A stretch of 64,000 nucleotides of DNA from Mobula hypostoma. Its lineage: Eukaryota. Shown here piece after piece: positions 50,801 to 63,497 of this stretch. The DNA lies in NCBI RefSeq assembly GCF_963921235.1, contig NC_086108.1, positions 69,938,001 to 70,002,000 on the forward strand. The letters are read 5' to 3'. The notes beneath the pieces are model-generated. The model made no database searches, was not told where the DNA came from, and saw only the letters and a list, made by a program, of their open reading frames with translations. The translations under genes and the position numbers were made by a program. The number at the start of each line of letters is the position of its first letter. Position 1 is the stretch's first letter.

Positions 50801-51397
50801 ATGCAAGGTAATTTGTGGATAATCTACATTTCTTCCACAGCTATAATTTGAGAATTTAGAAGGGGAAGAATCTGTTGTTGTGGGATTTTTAGAAAGTGAT
50901 ATGATTTAATTTAAATTTCAAACTAAAAACACGTAAGAACTTACATTGGTAGATGCAGTTGTTTGATAACACGTGGTACATTCTCTCCACACAAAGAAAA
51001 AGTATACCATACAACCTCAAGTATTAGTTCCTATTATTGACTATCAAGCATTTTCTAAAAATCTAGACTTCAGATCACCAAAAAAAGTGAATTGAGAATG
51101 CTTGAAATCATCTTATGCTGATGCTAGCATTTTGCAGTGCAGTTATAGCTGATGTTTTACTACCATGTATTTACATAGTCTGAATAAAGATTAAAACAAA
51201 GCTCCACTCCATGGAACAAATAATTGCTATTTGTGGGGCTCTGAGAGCAGAGAAATGCATCTATAACTACAGTATATCGTATTTCCACAAAAAGGAAGTA
51301 AAGGAAACTTTGCTTTTATTAAAGTCTTGTTCAGAATAAATAAGTTTTTTCTTCTTTTAAAAATCTTTTTAGGCAAAGGATTACTACCTACTGACAG

Positions 51398-54300
51398 TGT
51401 CAGGAAGTGTAGAAGAGGCTTACTCCAAACAATAGAGCAGCATACGATTTAGTGGTGAGCAATTACTTTAATAATAAACTGCAAAATAACAAGCCAAAAG
51501 GGGCCACAAAACGGGGGAGAACAGATACTTAACACATCAAGGCAACAAGGTAACTGAGGCTTTGGAGCAATTGGTTGAGACTGGCTGGTTCAATGGGCTA
51601 ATAAGGACTGTGAATGCGAGGTGGGTTCAAATAGGGTGCAGGTGATGAGTTAGAATTGAGTGGCAGGTGATTCCTGTTAGCTGGGTCGAAACTGGGAAGT
51701 ACTGCCTGTGCAGGCCTGACAGAAACCTCCACCCCCTCCCCTGGCCGGTATGCAATGACCCAGGACCATCAGGGATCCAAGATGGAACAGAATGGCACTC
51801 GTGACCTTTCCTCCCAGTACCCTTCCCAGTTGACCAGATACTGTACGCCACATCCACTACAATGTAAATCTATCAACCGGTGAACTGTAGACAGTAGACC
51901 ACCTTCCACCATCTTTGGCTCTGGAGGTGCAGGCTCAGGTGGGATGAGTGGTCCATGGACCATGGGCTTGAACCAGGACACATGGAAAGTAGGGGTGACC
52001 CTGAGGGATGGTGGCAGCTGAAAAGGGTAAGTGACTGGGTTTATGTAATAGTTAATCTTAAAGGGACCAATGAACCAGGGCAAGAACTTGCAGGAGTCGG
52101 TGTGCAAGGACAGATGGACAAAAGATACAGAGCCAGGTTGGAGTAGTCTGCCTGGGTGCTGACACCGGTTAGCCTGGTGGCAGTAGGTGTGGTTGGCAGC
52201 TAGGATGGTTCTCTGAGGCCTCGTCCAAGCATTCTGGTGGCAGTGAACCAGGGCCCTGGCAGACAGAACCTCAACCGTTGGCTCCTCCGCAGGGAACAAT
52301 GGGGGGTGCCAGCCATGAAGCACTTCAAAAGAAGCAGAGAAGGTGCGTAGATTGTGGGAGATATCTTTTCCATGTAGAAGGGTTAGAGACGGCGAAGCAT
52401 CACAGAAACTTCACGACTGACTGTTGGTCTGAAGATGATAGTCAGAGGACAAAACTCACTGAGGTGTAGAGGAGGGAACAGGATGCTTGCCAGATGCAGG
52501 AGATGAAGTATGGTCCCTGGTCTGACACAGTGTCCTGAGGTGAAGCATGGAGGCGAAATATACTTGGAGAACCATGTCTACCATTTCAGCAGCTGATGGA
52601 AGTTTGGGGAGGAAGGTGAATTGGGCTGCCTCGGAGAACCAGTCCACCACTGTCCTGATCACCGTGACCCTATCGGAAGATGGCAAACACCCAATGAAAT
52701 CCATGGTGATGTGGGACCACAGGCATAAGGGGATTGGTAGGAGCCGCAGGAGCTCAGAGTGCTACTGGTTGGAGGAATTGGACTGGGCACTTTGAGGACA
52801 AGCAGCAACAACCGATGTACATCTGCAATCATGGTGAGCTGTCAGAACAGGCATCACAGAAAATCGTTGTTGGATACTTGCAGAGGGGTGAGACATGGGC
52901 TCACTGGAGTGCCTCAGAGCACATGGCCTCTGGCATGTACATACAGTTTTCAGGTGTGTAGGCCAGAGCAGGCTTATGCTGTAGGATCTGGTTCTCAAGA
53001 TCCCAGATGATCGGGGTGAGGATCTAACAATAGGCTGAGGGTTGATCTCCATCTCAGCTAAGTCAAACTGTCGTGTCAGGGCATCTGCCTTGGTGTTCTT
53101 GGAACTGGATCAGTAGATGATGAAGTTGAATTACTTGAAGAAGAGGGCATAGCGGGCCTGACGTGGGTCGAGTTGGTGGGTCTGTTGCAAGTATAAGAGA
53201 TTCTGGTGGTCAATCCTGATCAGGAAGGGCCTAGTGTTTCCCATCAACTGACATCTCCATTCCTCCAAGGCCTGCTTAATGGCAAGTACCTTCCCGTCTC
53301 AGTGCACAAAGTTGAACTTGCACAAGATGAAGGCACAATGGTGTCTTCCTGTCCGGTCCTCACTGGGAGAGGATGGCCCCAATGCCCACGTCAGAGGTAT
53401 CTACCTCTACCACAAAACATCTGGAGGGGTTTGAATGGTGGAGAATGGGAGGGGTGGTGAAACATCTTTTGAGCTCCTCAAAGGTGTGGTCCGTGGCTAC
53501 AGACCAGGTTATCTGTGAGGTAGGTGGTTTGGTGAGGGAGGTGAGAGGAGTGGCAATTTGGCTGTAGTTCCTGAAGAAACAGAGGTAGAAATTGGAGAAG
53601 CCCAAGAAGTGCTGTAGCTGTTTCAAGAGCCTGGTCAGAGCCATTCAACAAGAGCTCACGCTTTCTCTGGGTTCATGGTTATACCTTTGGGGTGAAAGGA
53701 TATACTCCAGAAAGGAAACCACTGGGGTGTGGAACAGGCATTCTTATAAGTTGTAGTACAACTGGTTTTTGAGGAGATGCTGAAGGACTGAACAAATTTC
53801 TTAAGGCATTACCAATCATTTGTAGTGGCCAGTGGGTGTTCTGAATGCCATCTTCCACACAATCCCCCTGGCAGATCTGGATCAGGTTGTACGCACACCA
53901 TAAATCCAGTTTGGTGAAGATCTGGACCCCAGTGAGTGTTTCTAATGTGTTGTCTATCAAGGAGAGAGATTAGCAGTTCTTAATGTTGATTTTGTTGAAT
54001 ACTATGGTAGTTGATGCTGGGACAAAGACACCTATCTATTTTTTTGACAAAGAAGAATCCTGCACTGGATAGCCATGCTGTAGTGCTTTGGCGAAGTAGT
54101 CATTCATGACTTGGGTCTCAGAGGGAAGAGGAAGAGCAGATCACCTTGGGGACGAGTGGTGCCTGAGAGGAGGTTGAACGTGCAGTTGTATGGTCTGTGA
54201 GGCAGGAGAGTGCAGGCTTTGCTTTGACTAAAGGCGATGACTGAGTTGTGTATTCCTGCGGGAGTTTGTTGAAATTGAGGTTTCCTCCGTCTCCACAAAT

Positions 54301-55893
54301 TTATGGGGTCAAGTCAGCTGAGGTTGTAGGCAGGAGGCAGTGGGCTGGATGACCAGAAAAAGTGAGGTCATGAGTGGAGAGCCAGGGGTAACCCAAGATG
54401 AGTAGAGTACCCAGTGATTAGATAAGGGGGAATTGGATGGACTCGTGGTTCTCTCCAAAGCTCACGTGCACGGGCTGTATGCATGTTCTGACCATCCCAG
54501 ACCCTAAGGGCCATGATGCAGAAGAGGTGAGAGATAGGCTTGGTACAGAGTCCAAGCTGCTCACAGATAGTCCAGTCGAGAACGTTGCCCGCTGCACTGG
54601 AATCTACCAGAGCTTGCTGTGTTCGTAGAGCCATTGGGATATGGAGTGGGGCAGAGAGACTTACTCAGGCTATGGTACTGGAATGAGGGGCTGGGAGGGG
54701 GTGGCAGGACCCTCATCTCTATCTGGTGGTGCTGTTTTCTGAGACAATGGGCATTTGGTGATCAGGAGCTCCACAGTCAGCGTATAAGTTGTTTTTCCAC
54801 TGATGCTCACGCTTTAGGGGGGAGGGTGGTTAAGGGAGCTCTCGCTAACTGCATGGGTTCTGAAGACATGGACGATGAGGTTCCTGCAGGCTGAAACGGT
54901 TTCCGGAAATAGAACTGGGGTTTTGGCTGATTGTGTAGAGGCTTGTTCCATTAAAAGCTTGTCAACGTAGAGGGCTAGAATGATGAGGTTGATGGGCATC
55001 GATGTTGGTGGGCATCTCCTGGGTAAACAGCTCTTCTTTCAAGCACTCTGAGAGGCCATGATGTATTGGGTCAGCAGCGTTTCTGCATTCCAGCCACATT
55101 CCACTGTGAGGGTCCTGAATTCAACCGTGTAATCCAGCTACGAACGTGATCCTTGGTGCAGCCAAGGTTTCTGATCCACCTCCCAACCACTTCCCAGATG
55201 TTCAAAACCCCTGTGCATCTTAGCGGTGAATTGCTCATATCTATTACAGATGTGGTTTATTTTCCCAGTTGGTGACACCCCAGGTCAGAGCTCGCCCTGT
55301 CAAGAGAGATGATGAAGGCGATTTTGGCAGGGTCTGTAGAATACAGAGATGACTGCAGCCCAAAGTACAAGATGCACTGGGACAGGAGGTTGTGGCATTG
55401 GGAGGAGATTGACTGCTGCGCGGTTACTGTAATGAGACAGAGTTAGTTGAGAGTGATGAACAGAAGGTCAATGGTTCCTGCTGCTTCTGGGTCGTGTACT
55501 CCTGTTGACAGACAACTTCCTTTAGGCAAGCAAATGCTGCTGGGTCAACTGTTGGTTTGTCCATCTTATCAAGAAATATAGAGGAAGCTTGACCCAAACA
55601 CAGAACAGCAGAGATGATTTAGCAGTGAGCAACCACTTTGATAATAAACTGCAAAATGACAAACCATGAGGGGCCACAAAACAAGAATGAATAGATACTT
55701 GACATGGCAAGGCAACAAGGTAACTGAAGGTTAGAAGCAATTGTTTGAGACCGTCTGGTTTGATGGGTGGACAAAGGTCTGTGGATGAGAGCTGGGTTTA
55801 AATAAGTGGCAGGTGATGAGTTGGAAATGAGTGGCAGGTGACTCCTGTTAGCTGGGTGGAGACTGGGAGCAGTCTGCCTGTGCAGGCCTGATA
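51398..55893 (-). mobile_element. Ty3/Gypsy chromovirus (Sushi/Tf-like) LTR retrotransposon, full-length but decayed
   Basis: LTRs 55567-55893 and 51398-51721; 5-bp TSD gacag/gccag; PPT ggggagggggtggagg at about 51726-51741. Gag (AKIAFIISLLTGRALTW), protease (ALVDSSAAGN), RT (IFTKLDL..AYNLI.I), RNase H (FVVEVDTSDVGIGAILSQ), integrase (ITMDFI..LP.S....VI.TVVD.FS, GPFKI) and chromodomain (VQYLVNWEGY.EERS.VP). Confidence 0.93.
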
Positions 55894-57094
55894 GCCAGTC
55901 ATTAACAAATATATAATTTGAAGGTGAGAAAGTAATTAGGTTTACAAAACAACTTTTTTGCAACACTATATGGTTAGCCTTCACTTTGAACCAAACACTG
56001 CTGAAGGACAGACAAAACTTTGGTAAGGGAAGGGTGATAATCAGAAGGGCATAGCCTACTGATGTTGTGGCTTTTGCAAAACCTTAAGTAAATATATAAT
56101 CAGTGAAATATAAATTTTTAAATCCCCATTGGACTTCCTTGCATTTACAATTCTTATTTTTAATTATTTGATGAAGAGCTAACTTTACCATTGCTCTACT
56201 AATATTGAGTTTTTAAAAACCTTTTAGGTGCCCGTGATTAACTGAGACTGAATAGAAAAAGGCATGAAGATGACAAATACAACTCAATAAAGCTGATTGC
56301 ACAACAATCCGTGCAATTAATGGTTTCAAGTCTATACATGCAGAAAAGACATGGCCAGAAAACAGATATTCTCATGGAAGATGTCCAAGTCACCAAATTA
56401 GCCATGAAAAAAATTATTGTATTAGTTTTATATTATCACAATTTTCAGTTAATTATGTACATTACATTATATCTCAATATTATGCTGAATAAATCCCATT
56501 TATAGGTTTACTGATAATTTACCTAGGAAGATCAATTTAGAAAAATGTGTTCTGAATAAAAGCCATGGTAAAAAGATGTCAAGCTATGCAATGTAAGGTA
56601 CTGAGCATGTTGACTCTCCAGCCTTATAGACTGCTTTGAACTGTCTCTTAAAGATAAAGACATGAATACCAAGAGACAATACAGTTGATTAAATCTCAGG
56701 GTGACACAAAGTTACTATATACAGAATAGGATATTCACAAATTCTTCAATAAAATGATGTTTCATCCAATCAATGTAATTTCATCCAGATTCCTGGCTCA
56801 AAGTAGTCTTACCTTAAGAGAGATGCTTTTTCGGTTTAAAGTTAAAAATTATTTGGCAAGATTTTTGCTGCAGAAAATCATGAGCTCTTATAATAATGAT
56901 CCTGGAACTTTTGGCTTGTTAGCATTTAGTCCTCTAACCCTATTTCATTCTCCAAGGTACGCAAATGGTAGAACAAAAAATGCATTGTTCATGTTAATAG
57001 CCTAAGTATGAGAACAGCGGGTGGTTGCAGGAGTGCTGGAAACTGATAGTAGAGCCTTAGTTCAATTTTATTAGCTACATCACAGGAAAAGGAG

Positions 57095-57165
57095 GAATTG
57101 ATGCAAATAGTCTTTCCGGAAACATACTTTATATTGGTCCGGGCCTCAAGTTCTGACGCAATTAA
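57095..57165 (-). promoter_or_regulatory. Candidate TATA-box core promoter (unassigned gene)
   Basis: Minus strand order: TTGCGTCA (57154-57161), CCAAT (57133-57137), TATAAA (57128-57133), TTTCCGGAAA palindrome (57113-57122), Inr-like TCAATTC about 57095-57101; strong donor AAG|gtaaga at 56813/56812. Confidence 0.35.
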
Positions 57166-57574
57166 GCCCTTGAGCTTGGCACAACTAAAGTAGGACTTAC
57201 AAAAAGTTAGGTAGATTATCTCATAGAATGAATCAAAAGTGTATCTGCCCAAACTCCAAGTGAAAATTCCAATAAATCCATAATCCAGTAAAGGAGAAAA
57301 CTGGCAGAACTGTGATACTGGACAGGGAACAGTACAGCACAGGAACAAGGCACTTCGGGCCACGACTTCTGTCTGTCTGTCTGTATCTTGTTTTATGGCG
57401 GTTGGTATCCAGCTTAATGGTGCATTACCGCCACCCTCTGCTCCAGAATGTGCACTAGACATACATTCTAAATCCCTTCACCCAATCGCGCGCGCACACG
57501 CACACACATATATACAAACCTACACTTCACCCTCCCATCTTTGACCATCCTAGTATCCTATTCCTGTTTATTCG

Positions 57575-60500
57575 TCATATCCTATAACAAACCCCTGTAC
57601 CCCTTAAAAACGCTAAAAATACCCCGACTTGTGCTCTCTCACCCATGCCCAGCAACCCTTTTAATGTGAATTCCTGCATTCCCAACTCCCTTAATTTATT
57701 TCTCATCATCTCTCTCTGTATCCCATACTTCCTGCAACACAAAACTACATGTTCTACCGACTCCTCTTCCTGACATTCCTCACACAATCCTATCTGGTGT
57801 TTCCCTATCATTTTCAATGTTGTGTTTAATGCACAATGCCCCAGCCTTAACCTAGTCCACACAATTTCCTCTCTTCTGTTTCCATTACCTACCCTAGTAA
57901 CTGCAACACTCATTTGTATTTGATATAAATGCCTCCCTTTCCCCTCCCTGTCCCATCTTTCTTGCCACATTCGGTTGACTTTTTCCCAGATTACACACTT
58001 AACCTCTGCTTTACTGATACTAATGTGCATTTCCACATTTTCTTTCTTTAACACCCTCTTTGCCAACTCATCCACCCTCTCATTCCCCTTCACCCCTACA
58101 TGTGCTGGAACCCATAGAAATTTTACCTGACCTCCCTGATTTGCAATTCTTGTAACTAACTGAAGGACTTCATAAAGTACATCTTGCCGACTGTTTGTGT
58201 GAAAAGACCTTAAACTTGCTAGAACTGAGGATGAATCTGAACATATCAATGCTTTGGCTTGTCTGGCTTTCTGCACCCATTGCAATGCAACCAACACTGC
58301 CAGCATCTCCACTGTAAACACCCCTAACTTATTAGATGTTCTTCTGCTGATTCCAATTTCTTTTGCTGGTATTACCACCCCAAACCCTGTCACTCCTGTT
58401 TCAGGTTCCTTCGCACCATCCGTATAAACGTGAGTATAATCACTATACTTTTCCATCACATGACAGTTAAATGCATTTACCAAATCTGTTTTATATCTTT
58501 GTTTCCTTTTTACCTCTAACAAATGCCAGTCTATGTCAGGCCATACAAGCTTCCATGGAGCTACAACCGGATAAACTACTGAAGGACTTATCCTCAGATC
58601 AAACACTCCACATTCTTTCGCGATATCATTCCCTACCCGACTAAAGGTATCCCTCTGAAACCTCCCATTTTCCCAGCACTCCTTTAGTAGGGTGAGAATC
58701 ATTGTGCCCCTGCAAGTTAGCCCAGTAGTTTGCCATCAGTTGCATCCTTCTTAGTTCCAAAGGCATTATTCCCATTTCTACCTGTAGGGCTGACACTGGT
58801 GACGTTTTAAAAGCCCCACTGCACACTCTCAAGGCCTGAGCCTGAATCACATCCAGTTTCCTTAAAAGAGACCTAACTGCTGATCCATATACTATATTTC
58901 CATAATCCAATACAGATCTCACTAAAGCCACATACATTCTCTTCAAAGCTGAACAACTTGCTCCCCATTCCCTACCAGTCAAACATCTCATCACATTTAT
59001 TACTTTTTTACATTTCTCCTCAACTTTCCTGATATGGTCTGCCCATGTTAATCGTGAATCAAATATAACTCCCAGAAATTTAAATGATGCAACCCTTTCT
59101 AATTCAACCCCATACATCCTTAACTTCTTCCCTACCTCAACCCTTTTCCTGGTAAAAAATACAGTTTGAGTTTTATCTACTGAAAATCTACATCCCCAAT
59201 CATAATCCCACTCCACCACTTCATTAATTGCTTCTTGTAGTTTCCTGATTATATGGTCCATGTTCCTGCCTCTTTTCCACAAGACCCCATCATCCGCAAA
59301 CAGTGACCTACCTATATCCACTGGTACCTTTGTGAAGACATCATTGATCATAATGATGAAAAGTAACGGGCTAATCACACTACCATGAGGTGTGCCATTT
59401 TCCACTATGTACTGTTTTGATAATTCTGATCCAATCCGAACTTGAATTTTTCTACCAAACAAAAAATCTTTAATCCAATTAAAAACTCTCCCACCAACCC
59501 CCATCTTGTGCAGTTTAATTAATAATCCTTCCTTCCACATCATATCATAGGCTTTTTCAATGTCAAAGAACACTGCCACTACTGACTCTCTATTTGCCTG
59601 GGCCTTCCTTATTTCAGTCTCTAACATCATCACTGAGTCCATGGAATTCCTTCCCTTTCTAAAACCACTCTGATAACTTGCCAGCATTCCCCTTTTCTCA
59701 AGCTCATATGATAACCTTTCTGTTATCATCCTTTCCATTATCTTACATATACTTGATGTTAATGCAATTGGTCTGTAGCTATTGGGTTTTGACAGATCCT
59801 TGCCAGGCTTCCTTATTGGAATTACTACTGCTTCTTTCCATGCACTTGGTAATCTTCCCTCCTCCCACACTCTTATAAAAATGCAGCAACTTCAAGAGCG
59901 CTCCTTCTCCTAGATTTTTTAGCATCACAGAGCATATCAGATCTTTCCCTGGGGAGGTTGGTCTCGATCTCTTTATTGCTCTCACCATTTCTGCTAATGT
60001 AAATGGATCATCAATTATATCATCTATTCCTTCTCTCCTGCTTAACACACCTGGGTGTTGGCTCATTATTCTTTCCCTTCTTCTTCTCCCTTCTTCAGAC
60101 AAATTTTCTGAACTGTGTATCAGTACAAATGACTTGGCCATGACCTCAGCCTTATCCCTACTGGAGACTGCAGTTTCCTCCTCAGTTATCATTACTGGAT
60201 ATTCCCATTCCCTTCTATCTCCTCCCATCCTCTTAATCATTCCCCATATCTCTCCCACAGGTGTTGTTCTTCCTACATGTCGCAAAAACTCCTCCAACTT
60301 GCCCTTTTAGCTTGACGTATAGTTCTTCTCACCACTTCCTGTGCTTTCTTATATTGAACCAAGTGCTGCATATTATAGGTTCTTGTAACTAGCCTGAATG
60401 CTCTATTTCTGTTTTTTACAGCCTGACAACATTCCTCTGTCCACCATGGTACCAGTTTTCTATTCATTCTATTTTTACTCCTAGGTATAGATCCTTCTGC

Positions 60501-61316
60501 TGCCATGATAATTGCTGAAGTCACCTGACTGTTTAATTCATCTACATTTCCAGAAATATCAATCTTTGTCAACCCTTCTTCACTCAATTTCTGGAACTTA
60601 CCCCAATCTGCTTTTTCAAACACCCACTTTGGGGTTCCGCTACCTGGTCTTACTTCAACTCTTTCATCCACTGAACACAAAACTGGGTAGTGATCACTGC
60701 CTACTGTTGAAGCAGTCCAAACTCCCCAGTTACTAACGCCAGCCAAGGTATTAGACACTAATGTAATATCTAACACTGACTCAGTTCCTGTTGTTATATC
60801 TATCCTTGTGCCGCTACCATCATTCATACACACCAAATCCCTTTCTTCCATCAAATCTTCAATTACCTTTCCATTTGGATCTGTAATCTGATCCTCCCAT
60901 ATTGTGCTATGAGCATTGAAATCTGCACACCACACTACTTTATGTCTGTTTTGTCCTTGTATCTTTAATAGGCTGTCCAAATCCAACCTCTTACATGGAT
61001 TGTAGTAGTTAATTATAACCACTCCCTTCCCTCTCTCCCACACTTCCACCACTATGTATTCCTGATTATATCCTTTTTCTAGTACCCTATATGGTATACC
61101 TTGCTTGATTAACATAGCACAACCCCCTCCTCCCCCTAGATTTCTATCTTTCCTTATCATTGTATACCCATATACCACAAAGTCTAAAGTTGGTTTCAAC
61201 CAAGTTTCCTGAATACACACTACATCCGGTTTTACAACCATTTCTTTAATAAAGTGCTTGAATTCCTGGCTATTGGCCAGTAAGCTCCTTGCATTCCATT
61301 GTAAAAGAATCACCAT
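57575..61316 (-). pseudogene. Nimb ORF2 (APE endonuclease, reverse transcriptase, RNase H), split by about 3 frameshifts
   Basis: ILLQWNARSL, CIQETWL, GSDHYP (APE); SYRPIALTS, DIEKAYD, GTPHGSVISP, LFADD (RT); YTDGAK...E...ICSDS...WVPAHVGVKGNERVDELAK (RNase H); CEECQEEESVEHVVLCC. Frameshifts near 60285, 59870 and 58680. Confidence 0.9.
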
Positions 61317-61324
61317 AATTAGTA

Positions 61325-62506
61325 TTAACCAACACATGACACTTCTTGGCTTGACTGATTACTGAGGTTCTCCCTCACTTCCTCCCATGTCAGTCCTACT
61401 AACCCTAAATGGTTTACTGCTGCTTTTACCACCAGCTGAATTTTGTCACTTTTTGACTTTACCTCAGCCGTACTATTAATCACTCCTGCAATGAATGTTA
61501 CTAGAGCCTTTCTGTCTACATAAATCCTGTCATTTGTCCTTTGTTGCATCTCTCACATCCCTATTGCTCCCTGTTCATTAGGAGCATTATTCTGTTCTCT
61601 TGATATTCCTACAGCTTCTGCATAAGTGATCTTTCTTTTCACTCTTATTTCTTGAATTTTAGTCTCCCGTCTGACAACCTCACACCCACTATATGCAACA
61701 TTATGAGCTCCTCCACAATTGCAGCATTTTGGTTGAACTCCTGTTCCGCACTTTCCATATTCATGATCACCCCCACATCTAGCACATCTCCTCTGCCTTT
61801 TACAGTTTTTAGCCACGTGTCCAAACCTTTGACAATTATAGTACCTCAATGGCTTTGGCACATACACCCTTACTGGGTAACGCATGAAACCCAGGAACCC
61901 CTTCCTTGGCACTCTTTCTTCTTCAAATTCAATCAATACAGATTCACTTTCCTTTTTCACTCCCTCCTTTGTTGTTTTCAGTCTTTGAACATTCATTACT
62001 TTCCCTCCTTTGATATTCCTCTTTATCTCCTCCATATTTATACTCATTGGTATCCCCGTGATCACTCCTTTACAACCACTATTTTGTGCTCCCACCCTCC
62101 CAGTGTATTCCACCTTGCATTTTCCTATCTCTTTTAGCTTGAGTGCTTTCTCAAGTTGTTCCTCATTCGCACATCTTACCAATAAGTTGCCATCATTAAG
62201 GACTTTTGCAAATACTATTTCCCCTATCTTTTTTGTCAGAGTTGTTGTTAGCACAAACGGGTTAATTTTCTTCATATGTCCCTGAGCCTTCTCATTAAAC
62301 CTAATTATGACAACACCTCCTCTCTGAGCTTGTTCATCTTCCTCACTTTCAGAGCTTTCTCCACTATCATTTCTTATTCTTTTATTCCCTTTATTCATCC
62401 GACTCCTCACTACCTCCTCATTCCCTTTATTTCTCCCTTCACAATAATCCACCTCTCTCCAGCTGCCTACCTCTGGTCCCAAGTCTCTATCCCTCTCCTT
62501 CTCCAC
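61325..62506 (-). pseudogene. Nimb ORF1 (gag-like nucleic-acid-binding protein), one premature stop at about 61553
   Basis: PKPLRYYNCQRFGHVAKNC, CARCGGDHEYGKC, CCNCGGAHNVAYSGC, ITYAEAV; continues in frame after TGA to 61325. Confidence 0.85.
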
Positions 62507-62667
62507 TTTCTTTCCCGCAACCCCGCCTCTTATCTGTCCACCATTACCGGACCCACACGACTCCCTCCCAGCAATTTCCGTTCCTTCCCCACTCTCTTTC
62601 CCTCAACAGGTTCCAAACCACATTCACGCATCAAGCAAAACACAGCCAGCTTGGCCACGACTTCTGT

Positions 62668-62960
62668 GTTGGCAATGAAAATTTCAACTAATCCCATCTG
62701 CTTGCACCTGGTCTACATTCCTCCATTCCCTGCCTGTTCATGTGCTTGTCTGTGTAAAAAAAAAAGCCCTGTAAATCTCCTTTAAATCTTCTCCCCTTCA
62801 CCTTAAAACTATGTTCTCCTGTATTTGCCATTTCCACCCTTGAGGAAAGACTCCATCTGCCCTATCTATGCCTCTCATAAATTCTATAAACTTCAATTAG
62901 GCCAGGCTAAACCACCAACACTACAGGTTTGTCTAACCTCTCCTTGTAACTAACAGGCTA
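62668..62960 (-). mobile_element. CR1 3' fragment that was the target of the Nimb insertion (continues at 57325-57372)
   Basis: CR1-type 3' sequence (aacagtacagcacaggaac...) left of the TSD continues seamlessly right of the TSD. Confidence 0.7.
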
Positions 62961-63074
62961 TGCTAATTGCTCTTCCTGCTCCATGCACTTCAAGTACAGC
63001 TGGTTACACTGAAGTATATGTGACAATTAAGCACTTGTAAGTTGGGCTATTCAATGAGAATCATGTAGTCTGTA

Positions 63075-63497
63075 CAGCTTCGGGCCTGTACTCGCTGGAG
63101 TTTAGAAGAATGAGAGAGAGGGGATCTGATTGAAACTTATCAAATATTGAAAGGCCTAGATAGAGTGGATGTGGAGAGGATGTTCCCTATAGTGGGGTGT
63201 CTCAGACCAGAGGGCATACCCTCAGAATGCAGGAGTGTCCATTTAATACAGTGATGGGAAGGGGTTTCTTTAGCCAGAGTGTAGTTTATCTGTGGAATTC
63301 ATTGCCACAGATGGCTCTGGAGGCCAAGTCATTGGCTATATTTAAAGTGGAAGTTGATAGGTTCTTTGATTAGTTATGGTGTCAAAGGTTAGATGGAGAA
63401 GGCTGAAGAATGGGGTTGAGAGAAATTTTAAAAAGCAGCCATGATTGAATGGCACAGCAGATTCAATGGGCCGAATGGCCTAATTCTGCTCCTATGT
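63075..63497 (+). mobile_element. CR1 LINE 3' fragment
   Basis: [34 protein letters not shown]..., 3' UTR aatgggccgaatggcctaattctgctcctatgt. Confidence 0.85.

Larger units (their letters stand above)
57373..62652 (-). mobile_element. Near full-length Nimb/I-clade non-LTR retrotransposon
   Basis: Perfect 15-bp TSD ggccacgacttctgt (57358-57372, 62653-62667); ORF1 with CCHC knuckles; ORF2 APE-RT-RNase H-CCHC; 3' ggtggcggtaatgcacc motif and (AGAC)n tail. Confidence 0.93.

Noticed and set aside
56989..57462. 157-aa minus-strand ORF
   Set aside because: Starts in the Nimb 3' UTR and crosses the TSD and a CR1 tail, so it is a composite of unrelated sequences.
61652..62785. Plus-strand ORFs of 161, 91 and 169 aa
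   Set aside because: Antisense shadows of Nimb ORF1 and its 5' UTR.
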